Assembly: GCA_964291315.2 (NCBI GenBank)
Contig: OZ219753.1
Location: 2,880,001-2,944,000, forward strand
Reading direction: 5' to 3'
Length of the DNA: 64,000 nucleotides
Origin: Candidatus Poribacteria bacterium
GTDB taxonomy: Bacteria > Poribacteria > WGA-4E > WGA-3G
Positions 20,082-30,349 of the stretch are shown here, piece after piece. The notes under the pieces are model-generated. The model had not been told where the DNA came from. It did no database searches and saw nothing but the letters and a program-made list of their open reading frames with translations. Position numbers and translations under genes: made by a program. Position 1 is the first letter of the stretch. Each line of letters starts with the position of its first letter.

Positions 20082-20103
20082 CTGTGTCTTGCTATCTCGG
20101 AAA

Positions 20104-20895
20104 TTAGATTGCAACGATTCTGCGCATCCGTTTTGCAAGATCTATTTGTGTTGCCCGGTCTCCGCCGACTTCATGGATGAGGTAGCCGTCGTAACCAATT
20201 GCGCGGAAGGCCTCCATGACAGCTGGCCAGTCTGTATCTCCATCTAATAGATTAACAAATTGGTGGTTGCCGCGTGAGAAATCTTTGAAGTGGACGCGTT
20301 TGATACGATGCGTGAGTTCCCGGATCCAATGTTCTGGATAACCGTAGGCCATCATATTTGCGGTATCGAGATAGCAGCCTACCCAGTCGCTGCCTATTTC
20401 ATCAATAATATCTTTCATCTCTTTTGGGCTCAGCAAGAATTTGTTCCAGACGTTTTCGAGCCCGATAGCGACTTGATGTGTTTCCGCCGAAGGTGCGAGC
20501 TCTCTCAGGATGCTGACGAGATTGTCCCAAACTTGTTGGTAGGTACCTTCGACGGTAAGCTGCCCGGGGTGCAATAAAATTCCGCCGGTGCCGAGCGCGG
20601 CAGCGACCTCTAGTCCGCGGGCGAGGGAAGCTACGCCTTTTTCGCGCTCGGCTGCCTCTAAGCTTAATAAATTGCCTCGGTCGGCGTAACCTGCGGTAAT
20701 GCTGCTGATTTCGATACCTGCGTCCGCGCATTTAGTGGCGATGCCGCGGAGTTCCGTATCGCTCATATTAATGTCTGTATCGTTTCCTTCACTAAAAGTG
20801 AGCTCCACGGCATCATAGCCAGCGTCCTGACAGAGGGAAATCGTATCATTCAGAGACATGCCGCCGAGGATAATTTGGGTAACACCTATCTTCAT
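20104..20895 (-). CDS. Sugar-phosphate isomerase/epimerase (xylose-isomerase-like TIM barrel)
   Basis: GYDAVEL, GLENVWNKFL, DTAN, HFKD and GYDGYLIHE. Start taken at MKIG. Confidence 0.88.
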   Translation of the reverse strand: MKIGVTQIILGGMSLNDTISLCQDAGYDAVELTFSEGNDTDINMSDTELRGIATKCADAGIEISSITAGYADRGNLLSLEAAEREKGVASLARGLEVAAALGTGGILLHPGQLTVEGTYQQVWDNLVSILRELAPSAETHQVAIGLENVWNKFLLSPKEMKDIIDEIGSDWVGCYLDTANMMAYGYPEHWIRELTHRIKRVHFKDFSRGNHQFVNLLDGDTDWPAVMEAFRAIGYDGYLIHEVGGDRATQIDLAKRMRRIVAI

Positions 20896-21150
20896 TATTT
20901 CTCCTTTTCGATGTGAAATTGCAAGGTTGTCAGAGATTGTGTACAGAAGGGTGGAGTTTGGAGCCATTGGGGACGCCGGATAGCGACATAGTAAACGTCG
21001 TTAAACACGGTGTCAATAAGGATTTGGGAAAGGGCTGCTGAATTATCCAAAAACTGCTCGAGTCCCTTGTCTTCCGTATCACAGTCTAGACAGATTTGTA
21101 AGTTTTGTCCGATGTCAGTTTGGTCGAGTCGTGGTCCTGTTTTTGCCCTC

Positions 21151-22443
21151 TTAGGAAGATACCAAAAATTGGGAAACTGATTTGAGGTGACGACTGGGAA
21201 CACATGCTTTGACATGGATAGCTTCCGCTGCGTATTCGGTCTTTAGCACGGTGCCATGGGTGTAGAGTAGATCAAGCGCTTTTCCGTCTGTGTAGGGAAT
21301 GCTGAAAGAGAAGTTACTGCCGCGTTCACCGCATTGGTGTGCTAAAGCGTCTATGAGGTTTTCAATGCCGTCGCCGCGTTGGGCGGAGATAGGCAGGGCA
21401 TCTGGATAGCGGCTGCGCAAAATTTGCAGCCCCTCTTCGTTTTTGAGTCTGTCAATTTTATTGAAGATCATAAGCATTGGGATCTCAGTAGCGTGCAATT
21501 CTTCAAGCACTACATTTACTGCTGCTATCTGTGATTCTGCTTCTGGATGACTTACATCAACGACATGCATCAGAAGATCTGCGTCGGAAACCTCTTCGAG
21601 GGTTGCTTTGAATGCTGCGACGAGTTGGTGTGGCAATTTCTTGATAAATCCGACAGTATCGCTCAGCAGAATCTGCTGTTTTTGTGGCAGATTCACTCGT
21701 CGTGTGGTGGAGTCTAATGTGGCGAATAGTTTATCTTCAGCCAAGACAGTTTCGCCTGTCAAAACGTTAAAAAGCGTTGATTTTCCTGCGTTTGTATATC
21801 CGACAAGAGAGACTTTGACTTTGTCAGCGCGGTTGAGTCGTTGCACGTGACGTTGCTTTTCGACAGACTTAAGTGCTTTTCTAACGTGTCCGATATTTCG
21901 TCGCACCCAACGTTTGTCCATTTCAAGCTGCGTTTCACCGGGCCCCCGGAGGTGTCTACTGCCTCCTCCGCCTGTTGCGAGTCGTGAGAGATGTGTCCAC
22001 ATGCGCGTCAGGCGGGGGAGTGCGTATTCGAGCTGTGCCAAGGCTACTTGAAGTCGTGCTTCTTTCGTCAATGCCCGTTGTGCAAAAACTTGGAGGATAA
22101 GGCCTGTTCGATCAATTACGGTGACATCAAACGTTCTCTCAAGGTTGCGGTTTTGTCCTGGGGACAACTCTTCGTCAAAAATAATTGCGTCGACGTTGAA
22201 TTCTTCAATGAGCGGTTTGAGTTCTTCAACTTTTCCTTCTCCGATAAAGTAGGTCGGGTTTGGTATATTCCGCTGTTGTATTGTGGCGGAGGCGACTTCA
22301 ATGCCGGCAGTTTCTGCGAGTTGTTGAAGCTCTTGCAGTGATTCCTCGGTTTCATGTATCAGGTTATCTCGGAGTTTTATGCCCACTAAAATTGCCCGTG
22401 TAGGTGGATTCGGGACACGGGTGTCGTAAAATTCTTGCATCAA
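21151..22443 (-). CDS. hflX: GTPase HflX
   Basis: RGPGETQLE, GYTNAGKS, LFATLD, DTVGFI and NKID. Confidence 0.97.
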   Translation of the reverse strand: MMQEFYDTRVPNPPTRAILVGIKLRDNLIHETEESLQELQQLAETAGIEVASATIQQRNIPNPTYFIGEGKVEELKPLIEEFNVDAIIFDEELSPGQNRNLERTFDVTVIDRTGLILQVFAQRALTKEARLQVALAQLEYALPRLTRMWTHLSRLATGGGGSRHLRGPGETQLEMDKRWVRRNIGHVRKALKSVEKQRHVQRLNRADKVKVSLVGYTNAGKSTLFNVLTGETVLAEDKLFATLDSTTRRVNLPQKQQILLSDTVGFIKKLPHQLVAAFKATLEEVSDADLLMHVVDVSHPEAESQIAAVNVVLEELHATEIPMLMIFNKIDRLKNEEGLQILRSRYPDALPISAQRGDGIENLIDALAHQCGERGSNFSFSIPYTDGKALDLLYTHGTVLKTEYAAEAIHVKACVPSRHLKSVSQFLVSS

Positions 22444-22637
22444 AGGACTCCTTATCTTCCTCTAAAGGGAAACCGAAGCACAGCATCTTGGTTTACCTAG
22501 TAGGGCCATATTTATACTATAGTTTATCAAATCTATTGGATATTTTCAAGTGAAACCCCGCCTTAACAAAAAACTTCAGCTTTTCTGACGTTTTTTCTTG
22601 TATCTAAACTAATTTTGTGCTATACTTTAATAGTATC

Positions 22638-23096
22638 ATGAAAAGCGCTAAAGATTCTACATCTCCATTGATCACAACAAATAGGAAGGCGCGATATGAC
22701 TATCATTTGCGCGATCGATATGAAGCCGGTATTGCTTTACAAGGCACTGAAGTGAAAGCTATTCGTGCAGGGCGACTGAACCTGAGTGATAGTTATGCCC
22801 AGGTGTCAGATGGAGAGATTTTCCTGATTGATGCTCATATTGGTCCCTATGAACATGGGAATATTGCCAATCATGAGCCGAAACGGAAACGAAAGTTGTT
22901 GTTGCATCGGCGGGAAATCACTAAACTTGAGCGTTCGATTCGTTCCAAAGGAATGACCATTGTTCCAACGAGAGCGTATTTCAGCAATGGTAAAGTGAAA
23001 TTAGAGTTAGCTGTTGCGATGGGTAAACGGCTTTACGATAAACGTGATAAGATTGAACGTAAAGCGACTGCAAGTGAGTTGCGTTCATATAATTGA
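22638..23096 (+). CDS. smpB: SsrA-binding protein
   Basis: NRKARYDY, EAGIALQGTEVK, RKLLLHRREI and GKRLYDKR; directly upstream of tmRNA. Confidence 0.97.
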   Translation: MKSAKDSTSPLITTNRKARYDYHLRDRYEAGIALQGTEVKAIRAGRLNLSDSYAQVSDGEIFLIDAHIGPYEHGNIANHEPKRKRKLLLHRREITKLERSIRSKGMTIVPTRAYFSNGKVKLELAVAMGKRLYDKRDKIERKATASELRSYN

Positions 23097-23171
23097 TGGT
23101 TTCCATTATAAGAGAATCTAATGCGTAGTAGAATCCTATTGTTACAATTTCTGACCATCTATTTCCTATCC

Positions 23172-23525
23172 GGGGGTGTAAAGGTTTCGACGAAGGTGAA
23201 TGAAATATAGGTTGCATGTCGAGGTCTCCGCAGGCCTCGTTAAACAGGCGGAACACTTATAATTGCTGATCAAGAATTAGCACTAGCTGCTTAATAACGC
23301 GGCTACGCTTGGCAGTCTTGTCGCTCGTCAGGCCTGCTAAAGCGTCGCAATACGGGCTAGTTGCTTGTTTTTTCTCAAGGAACAGGCGGCGAATCTGCTT
23401 TTGAGATAGTCTATTCTGAATCTTGCATGGGAGAGTCTGATAGATGAATCTAAAAACCTGTGATAAGCATGTAGTAGCCTCTATTGAAACGTCTTCGGAC
23501 GCGGGTTCGATTCCCGCCACCTCCA
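23172..23525 (+). ncRNA. ssrA: tmRNA; tag reading frame (A)ADQELALAA at 23265-23294
   Basis: 5' GGGGGTGTAAAGGTTTCGAC and 3' GACGCGGGTTCGATTCCCGCCACCTCCA. Internal tag ends in LAA followed by tandem TAA. Adjacent to smpB. Confidence 0.95.
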
Positions 23526-23576
23526 TTTCATGCGGCTGTCCTGTTTTTGTCCGTAATACATTGATGCTAAAGTGAT

Positions 23577-23957
23577 ATGGCTGAGTTCATTAACACGCCT
23601 CCTCACATTCAGAAGCTGGTGCGATTGCATCTATGCAGAGATGAACATATCCGCTTATGTGTTCTGGGGCGTTCGAATTTGCTGCGCCCGGATTTTGTGT
23701 TTATCACAACGCACCGGGTGTTGGTGTTAGATGAACGATATATGGGCAGTCTTGCTGTCTCTTATACAAATGTGCGATGTAATATTCTATTCACGGAGAT
23801 TTGTGATGTTAAATTAGTTAGACATTTCAAACACCGGCTTCTCTGCCAAGCGCGGCTTGAAATCAGTGTGGTGCGTAATGTGTATTGGATTGATAACATC
23901 AGTTTCCGTTCAGCCCAGTCTGCCTACGCTTGCATCGTTCAACATTTTGCGCTGTAG
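23577..23957 (+). CDS. Small bacterial PH-domain-like protein
   Basis: FVFITTHRVLVLD...I.F.EI..V pattern typical of bPH domains. Confidence 0.55.
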   Translation: MAEFINTPPHIQKLVRLHLCRDEHIRLCVLGRSNLLRPDFVFITTHRVLVLDERYMGSLAVSYTNVRCNILFTEICDVKLVRHFKHRLLCQARLEISVVRNVYWIDNISFRSAQSAYACIVQHFAL

Positions 23958-24212
23958 GAAATATCTTTGATTGATTAGGAAATTACCTAAGTTGATGATG
24001 CATGTTTGACGGTTTTGATCCAACGAGCATGTTAGATGCTTCAATTTTGTGACCGTGACCGGGATTTTTGTCAACCTACAATATCAAATTAGTTTCAAAC
24101 GGGACACTTTTCAGCAGAGATGTTTCCCTAAAGTGATGATTCGGTTTTAACGGACTTTCCGTTACCACCGGTTATTGAGTAGAACTCAACGTACAAAATA
24201 GCGAGGAATGCT

Positions 24213-24908
24213 ATGAGAGAATTCTTGAATTATCTTATAGTTTCGTATAATGTCTGGTTTACGGCACCGTTGACGATTGTGTTCCTATTATCGATTTTTC
24301 GACTTGTCACCGGGGCAATGGACTTCGGTGATGCGGATGTAGATGCCGATATAGACCCAGACGTGGATGTAGATATGGATGCGGGAGCGGACGTAGCCCT
24401 CGACTCGGCCCTAGAGACTGCTACTGAAGTAAGGGGTCCTTCTTTTGGCGATATTTTTGGTTTCTTGAACGTTGGTAGAGTGCCTTTGATGATTGTGCTG
24501 ATGTCGCTGTTGGGAACGTGGGGAATTGCGGGCCTGATTGCGAACGCTGTGTTTAATGTTCCTGAGAACCTGCAGTTGGTTTGGCTATCGTATGTCGTTG
24601 CGTTTTTATGTAGTTTCTTAGGCACTCGGTATATCTCTATTGCGCTTTCGCGGTTGTTTCCAGAGAGTGAAAAAGCGATTAGTGATGTGCAGTTGCTCGG
24701 TCTAAGGGGTCGTGTCATTAGCGGACAGATTACGCCGACTTTCGGGACGGCAAGGGTGCAAGTTCCCGATGGGCCTGAATTAACCGTCAGTTGCCGTGTG
24801 AAATCGGATGAATCCCCGCCTATCAAAGGCGATATTGTTGTTCTGATAGAGTATGATCGCGCCAAACGAATTTTTGATGTCCAAAAAAGTAAAATAGAGT
24901 CGCGCTAA
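24213..24908 (+). CDS. YqiJ/NfeD-like inner-membrane partner of flotillin
   Basis: Asp-rich linker DADVDADID, FLNVGRVPLMI and C-terminal OB-fold; immediately upstream of flotillin. Confidence 0.85.
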   Translation: MREFLNYLIVSYNVWFTAPLTIVFLLSIFRLVTGAMDFGDADVDADIDPDVDVDMDAGADVALDSALETATEVRGPSFGDIFGFLNVGRVPLMIVLMSLLGTWGIAGLIANAVFNVPENLQLVWLSYVVAFLCSFLGTRYISIALSRLFPESEKAISDVQLLGLRGRVISGQITPTFGTARVQVPDGPELTVSCRVKSDESPPIKGDIVVLIEYDRAKRIFDVQKSKIESR

Positions 24909-24943
24909 TTGCGTGATTTTTTTCCATACTAAGGAGAACTGAA

Positions 24944-26803
24944 ATGAATGCTAACTTATTCATCACAATTGTCGGTAGTGTGTTTGCCTTGATGGTCATT
25001 TTTCTGTTAGTCTACCGTTCTTTCTACAAAAAAGCCCCTGCTGATTCGGCGTTGGTTGTCTCTGGTGGACGCAAAAAGCGGGTGGTCTTTGGTGGAACCC
25101 TCATCAATCCACTGACCAACACTAGCCAACTCATTTCCTTAAATACGCTCCAATTGCCTGTTGAACGAACAGGACAGGGTGCGCTTATCACGAAGGATAG
25201 TTTGCGTGTAGATTTGGAAGCGCAATTTTATGTCAAAATTGAGCCAAACGAGCAGGATGTGCTCAAGGCTGTGGCGAGTCTAGGGGATAAAACTTTAACT
25301 CCGGCTGAAGTGAACAAGCTCCTTGAAGGTAAGCTTGTGGGTGTTCTTCGCAGTGTTGCTGCCACGATGGATCTCCAAGAGTTACATGAGAAACGTCAGC
25401 AGTTTTCGGATCAGGTTCAGGAGGCGTGTCGGGATGATCTCGAACAGAACGGTTTTAAATTAGAGAGCGTTGCTGTCACGAATCTTGACCAGACACCCCT
25501 TGAGGCGCTTGATGAGAACAACCGGTTTGATGTTGTTGCAATTCAGACGATTAAACAGGAGGTTGAAGATCGGCAGACGGAGACTGCTCGAATTGAACAT
25601 GCAAACCAGGTAAAACGTGAGGAGGATCGGCTCAAAGCTGAGTTGGCAATTAAACAGCGTGAAGAAGAGACGGAAACGCAGGCGTTAGAAGTTGCGAAAC
25701 GTCTTGAGTTCGCGCAAGAAGAGCAGCGTAAAGCGATTGCCACGAACAAAGCCGAGCAGGAACGTGAAATTGAGTCGCATAAGTTTGAACAGGAACAAGC
25801 GATTCAGGAAGCGCGGATTAAACAAGAAGAAGCGGTGAAGTCTACGGAAATTTTGCAAAAACAGCGGCTTGATACTGCCCGGATTGAACAAGAACGTCAG
25901 GTGCAGGAAACCGAGATTTCACAAAAGCAGGCAGTCGAGATTGCTCGTGTTCAGCAGGAACAGACGATTGAAGAAGCAGAAATCCAACGTAGTCTCACTG
26001 TTGAAAAATCTAAGATTGAGCAGAAACGTGCTGTTGAGGAGGCAGGTATTGCCAGCAGGATTGTTCTCGTTGAGAAAGAGCGGCAGGAAAAAGAGGCGGA
26101 AGCTGAGAATGCGATTCAGGTTTCAATGAAGGAAAAAGAACGTGAGGCAGCATTGATTGAACTCTTAGGCGTTTCTGCCCAGAAAGCCAAAGCCGAATCG
26201 GGTGTGTTAACAGCAGAGGCTGTTGAGGAAGCGGAACGCCAGAGCAAAATTGCGCTTATCCGAGCAGAGCAAGAGGCGGATGAGGAACGAATTGCTAAGG
26301 AGCGAGCTGCTGATGCAGAAGCGTATGCTGTTGTTGAAGCTGCCAAAGCAGAACTTCAAGCTGCTGAGGTCAAGGCACAAGCACAAACAGTCCTTGCAGA
26401 GGCGTTGCTCGTTGAAGCGAGGGCAAAAGCCGAGGGCGAAGAGGCATCTATTGCTGCGAAAAATCAGGCAGATTCCAAAGTTCTCGTCAGCGATGCTATA
26501 TTGGCACTGGTTGAATCCCTCCCGGAAGTCACTAGCGAATTGATGAAGCCAGCCGAGCACATTGAAAGCATCCGCGTGTTGGACCTCGGAAACGGTGGTA
26601 ATGGTAAGGGCAGCAATGGAATGAACCGAATTTTGGGTTCAATCGTAAACGCCGGGGCAGCACTGCCGTTATTTAAGGAGCTTGTCAATTTTAGCGGTGT
26701 AGATACGGAAAAAATTGCACAGACTGTTCGGGATTATACTTCCAGATTGGCAGTGGATACTAAAGTAGAGTCGACGGGAGTAGAATCAACGGATACTGAT
26801 TAA
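24944..26803 (+). CDS. Flotillin/SPFH-domain protein (YqiK-like)
   Basis: N-terminal TM, ALITKDSLRVD SPFH domain, long E/Q/A coiled coil and KPAEHIESIRV C-terminus. Confidence 0.92.
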   Translation: MNANLFITIVGSVFALMVIFLLVYRSFYKKAPADSALVVSGGRKKRVVFGGTLINPLTNTSQLISLNTLQLPVERTGQGALITKDSLRVDLEAQFYVKIEPNEQDVLKAVASLGDKTLTPAEVNKLLEGKLVGVLRSVAATMDLQELHEKRQQFSDQVQEACRDDLEQNGFKLESVAVTNLDQTPLEALDENNRFDVVAIQTIKQEVEDRQTETARIEHANQVKREEDRLKAELAIKQREEETETQALEVAKRLEFAQEEQRKAIATNKAEQEREIESHKFEQEQAIQEARIKQEEAVKSTEILQKQRLDTARIEQERQVQETEISQKQAVEIARVQQEQTIEEAEIQRSLTVEKSKIEQKRAVEEAGIASRIVLVEKERQEKEAEAENAIQVSMKEKEREAALIELLGVSAQKAKAESGVLTAEAVEEAERQSKIALIRAEQEADEERIAKERAADAEAYAVVEAAKAELQAAEVKAQAQTVLAEALLVEARAKAEGEEASIAAKNQADSKVLVSDAILALVESLPEVTSELMKPAEHIESIRVLDLGNGGNGKGSNGMNRILGSIVNAGAALPLFKELVNFSGVDTEKIAQTVRDYTSRLAVDTKVESTGVESTDTD

Positions 26804-26809
26804 GGATTT

Positions 26810-26910
26810 TCAGTTCTCAGTTAAGAGGTACCTGTGTAACAACTCGTTGATCCTCCGAGGCCTTCACGTTTGGATGGATTGTTAAAAATAGCCTCTTAAC
26901 TGATGGCTGA
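26810..26910. repeat. Intergenic inverted repeat element
   Basis: TCAGTTAAGAGG (26817-26828) and CCTCTTAACTGA (26892-26903) are perfect 12-bp arms, extendable to 19 bp with mismatches. Confidence 0.65.
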
Positions 26911-26935
26911 TAATTGTTTGTGAAAGGAGCTACAG

Positions 26936-27445
26936 ATGGATAAAGAGAAACAGACGCGCATTGAGGTCAAAGTTAACTTTCTTTCAATTGATCGAAGTAC
27001 AGGGTCACCGATAGTTGTGCTGAAAGAAAAAGACAACGGTTCAAATCGGATACTGCTGATTTGGATTGGTGAATCCGAAGCGGCATCTATTCAGATGCAT
27101 TTGGAAAAGATGGTACTTCCGCGCCCTATGACTCATGATTTGCTCAAGATTATGATTGAAACGCTTGGTGCTGAGGTAATGAGTATTTGCGTGGCTGAAT
27201 TTGAGGATCCTACTTTCTATGCCCAACTAATATTGCGAGTCGACGGTAACGAAATTGAGATTGATTGTCGTCCCAGTGATGCGATTGCCCTTGCACTCCG
27301 CTGTGAGGTGCCTATCTACGTTGCCGAAAAAGTACTAATGGAGCAAGGCTTTTCTGAACAAGAGCTCAGCAGAGGCAGAGAGAATGATCCGAAAGAGGTG
27401 CTTGAGAACTTAGATGACGATACACTAAAGCAATATACGGTTTAG
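26936..27445 (+). CDS. Bifunctional nuclease (DUF151/BFN) family protein
   Basis: IWIGESEA, RPMTHDL, FYA and DCRPSDAIALA. Confidence 0.92.
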   Translation: MDKEKQTRIEVKVNFLSIDRSTGSPIVVLKEKDNGSNRILLIWIGESEAASIQMHLEKMVLPRPMTHDLLKIMIETLGAEVMSICVAEFEDPTFYAQLILRVDGNEIEIDCRPSDAIALALRCEVPIYVAEKVLMEQGFSEQELSRGRENDPKEVLENLDDDTLKQYTV

Positions 27446-27595
27446 GGCAGATTGTAAGCATAACGTGTTGTGTTCAGTCAGGTTGTGTTATCATGGAAAA
27501 ACTAGGGCATGAGCTTATGATTCAAAACAGAGCTGGTATTGATACTATAAGCAAACCTGGGTTTGGAACCGACTAAGTAAGGGTGCGTAAACGTC

Positions 27596-28513
27596 ATGGA
27601 CAATTCGTTTGGGAAAAACCACGTTGTTCTTCATGAAAGCTGCACGACTGCGTTGGATAGAGACAATTTTGCCTCCGAAATAGATCTTTCCCTCCTCGAT
27701 CCCCCGTTTAATCAGGATAAGGCGTATAACGCATGGGATGATAATCTGCCGCCGGAGCAGTATTGGGCATGGATGCGTGATATTTGTGCAAAAGTCTATA
27801 GATTAACTTCGGATGGTGGTTCTATCTATTTCATGCAGCGTGAAAAAAACACGGAATTTGTTTTACAATGCTTGCGCGATGCCGGATGGACTTTTCAGAA
27901 CCTAATTATCTGGAAAAAGAAAACCTCGGCAGTGCCCGGCATGAAGCGTTTTGGTAAGCACTACCAGGTCATCGCATTTGCAACGAAGGGAAGAACGCCT
28001 CGTGTTTTTCATCGTTTGCGTATTGACCCGCCGCTCCCCACAAACTACAAGCACGCCCGGAAAAACGGCATGTTCGTTACCGACGTTTGGGACGATATTC
28101 GTGAGTTGACTTCGGGCTATTTCGCGGGTGATGAGGCGTTGCGAGATGCTGATGGAAATCGCTTACACAAACAGCAAACACCGATTCAGCTCCTTCTCCG
28201 AATCATCCTATCCTCGACAAATTCCGATGATGTCGTCTTGGATCCGTTTGCAGGTTCAGGGACAACACTGGTTGTGGCAGAACAATTGGGCCGACAATCA
28301 ATAGGGATTGAGCTTGACCTAGACAACCTTGCCTTGATTCAACATAGGCTTGCTAAATTGAGGGAATCAGATGATGTCTCGCGGTTTTTCAAGGATTACG
28401 CGTGTACTCCAGACTTGGAATTAATTTGGGGAAAGCGTGAATTCGACCTAACATCTGTTTCTTCTGATGAACCTAATGCCAATCAAATGGCTTTTTTTGA
28501 GTCAAAGCAATAA
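27596..28513 (+). CDS. Site-specific N4/N6 DNA methyltransferase (beta class)
   Basis: DPPF catalytic motif before DPFAGSGTT SAM motif; DVWDDI and HKQQTP. Confidence 0.9.
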   Translation: MDNSFGKNHVVLHESCTTALDRDNFASEIDLSLLDPPFNQDKAYNAWDDNLPPEQYWAWMRDICAKVYRLTSDGGSIYFMQREKNTEFVLQCLRDAGWTFQNLIIWKKKTSAVPGMKRFGKHYQVIAFATKGRTPRVFHRLRIDPPLPTNYKHARKNGMFVTDVWDDIRELTSGYFAGDEALRDADGNRLHKQQTPIQLLLRIILSSTNSDDVVLDPFAGSGTTLVVAEQLGRQSIGIELDLDNLALIQHRLAKLRESDDVSRFFKDYACTPDLELIWGKREFDLTSVSSDEPNANQMAFFESKQ

Positions 28514-28831
28514 ATGACTTACTCAATTTATCACTTTTTTGCTGACTTGTGTAAGAAAAAAGAGAGCTTCTTCTCAGAGAATAAACTTGAGGACTTTCCG
28601 TTTGATGAACAGATGTTTTCTTGTATCAACGACAAGAGAGGTTTGTTTCCCGATTTGGCCATTAAACTCAATAAGGGCGATGAACGGTTTACTGGTGGAG
28701 AATTAATTGAGCTTAAGGATAGCAAAACCTACTCGGTAGCTTCCTTTAATTCAACAATTCCGACAGGCGAAAAGGATATTAAGCTGTTAACAGACTCGAT
28801 GGCTCCAGGACAGGGTTCGCCTTTAAAATAG
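28514..28831 (+). pseudogene. Probable truncated Type II restriction endonuclease
   Basis: Starts immediately after the MTase stop. Carries FPDLAIK...ELIELKDS (PD-(D/E)xK) and FNSTIPTG but ends at 105 aa in unrelated-looking sequence. Confidence 0.6.
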
Positions 28832-28901
28832 AGCGTGCCATCTATGTCAATGAAAAAAGCCTTTGGGCGTGTTGAGTCCGTCTTCTGTCTTCTATCATGT
28901 G

Positions 28902-30095
28902 TTAGGGCTGGACGACTTTATAGTGTTCGACTTGTCCGTTTTGAATTATCTGGATTGCGAGGCTTTTGACAGGATAGCGATTTTCATCGTAATGCGAAAT
29001 AGACGTAGCTCCTTTGTAACCGTTGACACTTGCGAACGCATCACGAACTGCCATAACGTCGAGCGAAGCCGCGGTTTCTATTGCTTGCGCTAAAAGTCGT
29101 ATTGCATCGTAGCCGGATGCAGCTATACCGTCAGGTGGGCCTCCGAATAACGTATTGTAGGCTGTTACGAATTCTTGAACATCAGCGTCTTGCGTCACGA
29201 CAGAAAAATTTGTCGGGTAGTAGCTACCGTCCAAAACAGTATTATCCTCTAAAATGCTAAGAAAACGTTCTCTGTCGTCCCAGGCGCTCCCTCCGAGAAA
29301 GGTTGCTGTGATACCTATCTGGCGTGCTTCATTTATCAAGGATGGTATTTCGGGTTGGAAACCAGGTGCAAAAATAACGTCGGGATTGCCCTTATGAATC
29401 TCTGTGAGCAGTTGGGTAAAGGTAGTATCCCCCGCAGAATAGGAACCGTTGTAGGTAATCTCTCCGTTCTTTTCCTGAAAGGCTGTCTCAAATGCTTGCA
29501 CAAGGTCAGTAGAATAGACATCGTCGGCCTCATAAATTGTCGCAGCCGTTTTGGCTCCGAGTTCTTCAGCGTTCATTGCAAAACTTGCCATCACTTTCCC
29601 TTGAAACGGGTTCGGAACGGTAATCAGAAAGATGTGATCTCCTGCTGTGGGTACATTTGCGCTGCTGGAGCCGGGAAGCATGAGTCGCTGTGCCTGTTGG
29701 GCGATTGGGGCGACTTCAACGGCGTTAGTAGAATAGACGGGTCCTAGTAGTGCGAACACGTTTTCTATATCAATGAGTTCTTGTGCGGCACGAACACTTG
29801 CCTGCGGTGTTGGTGGTTCACTCTGCACGGGTTGATTATTTCGGTTGATAAGGGCGACTTGCATACCGAGTACACCGCCTTTACTATTAATTTGGGCGCG
29901 AGCGGTTTCAGCTCCCTGGCTGAAGGTTGTAAAGGTGTTCGCTGGTTGAATCACACCGATTTTTAAAGTCATTTCGTTGCGGGTAGTGATAGGATTGGGT
30001 TGGATTCTCTGATTCACCCGCTCACATCCGGATAAGGCTGTAACAGTGAGAGCAAGTAAAGTAAGGGCGCGAAAAATAAAAGCCTTCAAGTTCAT
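28902..30095 (-). CDS. Branched-chain amino-acid-type ABC substrate-binding lipoprotein
   Basis: LSGC lipobox, INSKGGVLG, LLGPVYS and GYDA. Start taken at MNLKAF after a GGAG RBS. Confidence 0.9.
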   Translation of the reverse strand: MNLKAFIFRALTLLALTVTALSGCERVNQRIQPNPITTRNEMTLKIGVIQPANTFTTFSQGAETARAQINSKGGVLGMQVALINRNNQPVQSEPPTPQASVRAAQELIDIENVFALLGPVYSTNAVEVAPIAQQAQRLMLPGSSSANVPTAGDHIFLITVPNPFQGKVMASFAMNAEELGAKTAATIYEADDVYSTDLVQAFETAFQEKNGEITYNGSYSAGDTTFTQLLTEIHKGNPDVIFAPGFQPEIPSLINEARQIGITATFLGGSAWDDRERFLSILEDNTVLDGSYYPTNFSVVTQDADVQEFVTAYNTLFGGPPDGIAASGYDAIRLLAQAIETAASLDVMAVRDAFASVNGYKGATSISHYDENRYPVKSLAIQIIQNGQVEHYKVVQP

Positions 30096-30349
30096 AACCG
30101 GATGCTTCTCCTTTTGGTAAAAATGCTTGAAAAATATTTGGATTCTTGGTAACTTCTTATCTATATTCGGAAACTTCTTGAAGAGTAACACACTCGCCTG
30201 ATTTTGTCAAGTTTCTACAACATATCCTCAGAATACCTTATCTGTTATTAGGTGTGTGTTAAAATTATCAGAAACCTTTTTTGAGGATGGTACAACAGAG
30301 TGGAAACCCAATGCTTTAAAAAATTTGAACGGCACAAAGGAGCCTTCTC

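Noticed and set aside
19963-23525. Integrative element at tRNA-Leu or tmRNA
   Set aside because: No integrase in the window, and I saw no duplicated 3' end (att site) of either RNA.
23257-23526. 89-aa minus-strand ORF, and similar ORFs over the tRNA
   Set aside because: Antisense shadows of tmRNA and tRNA-Leu.
25560-26470. Repetitive sequence in the flotillin gene
   Set aside because: Explained by the normal E/Q/A-rich coiled coil of flotillins.
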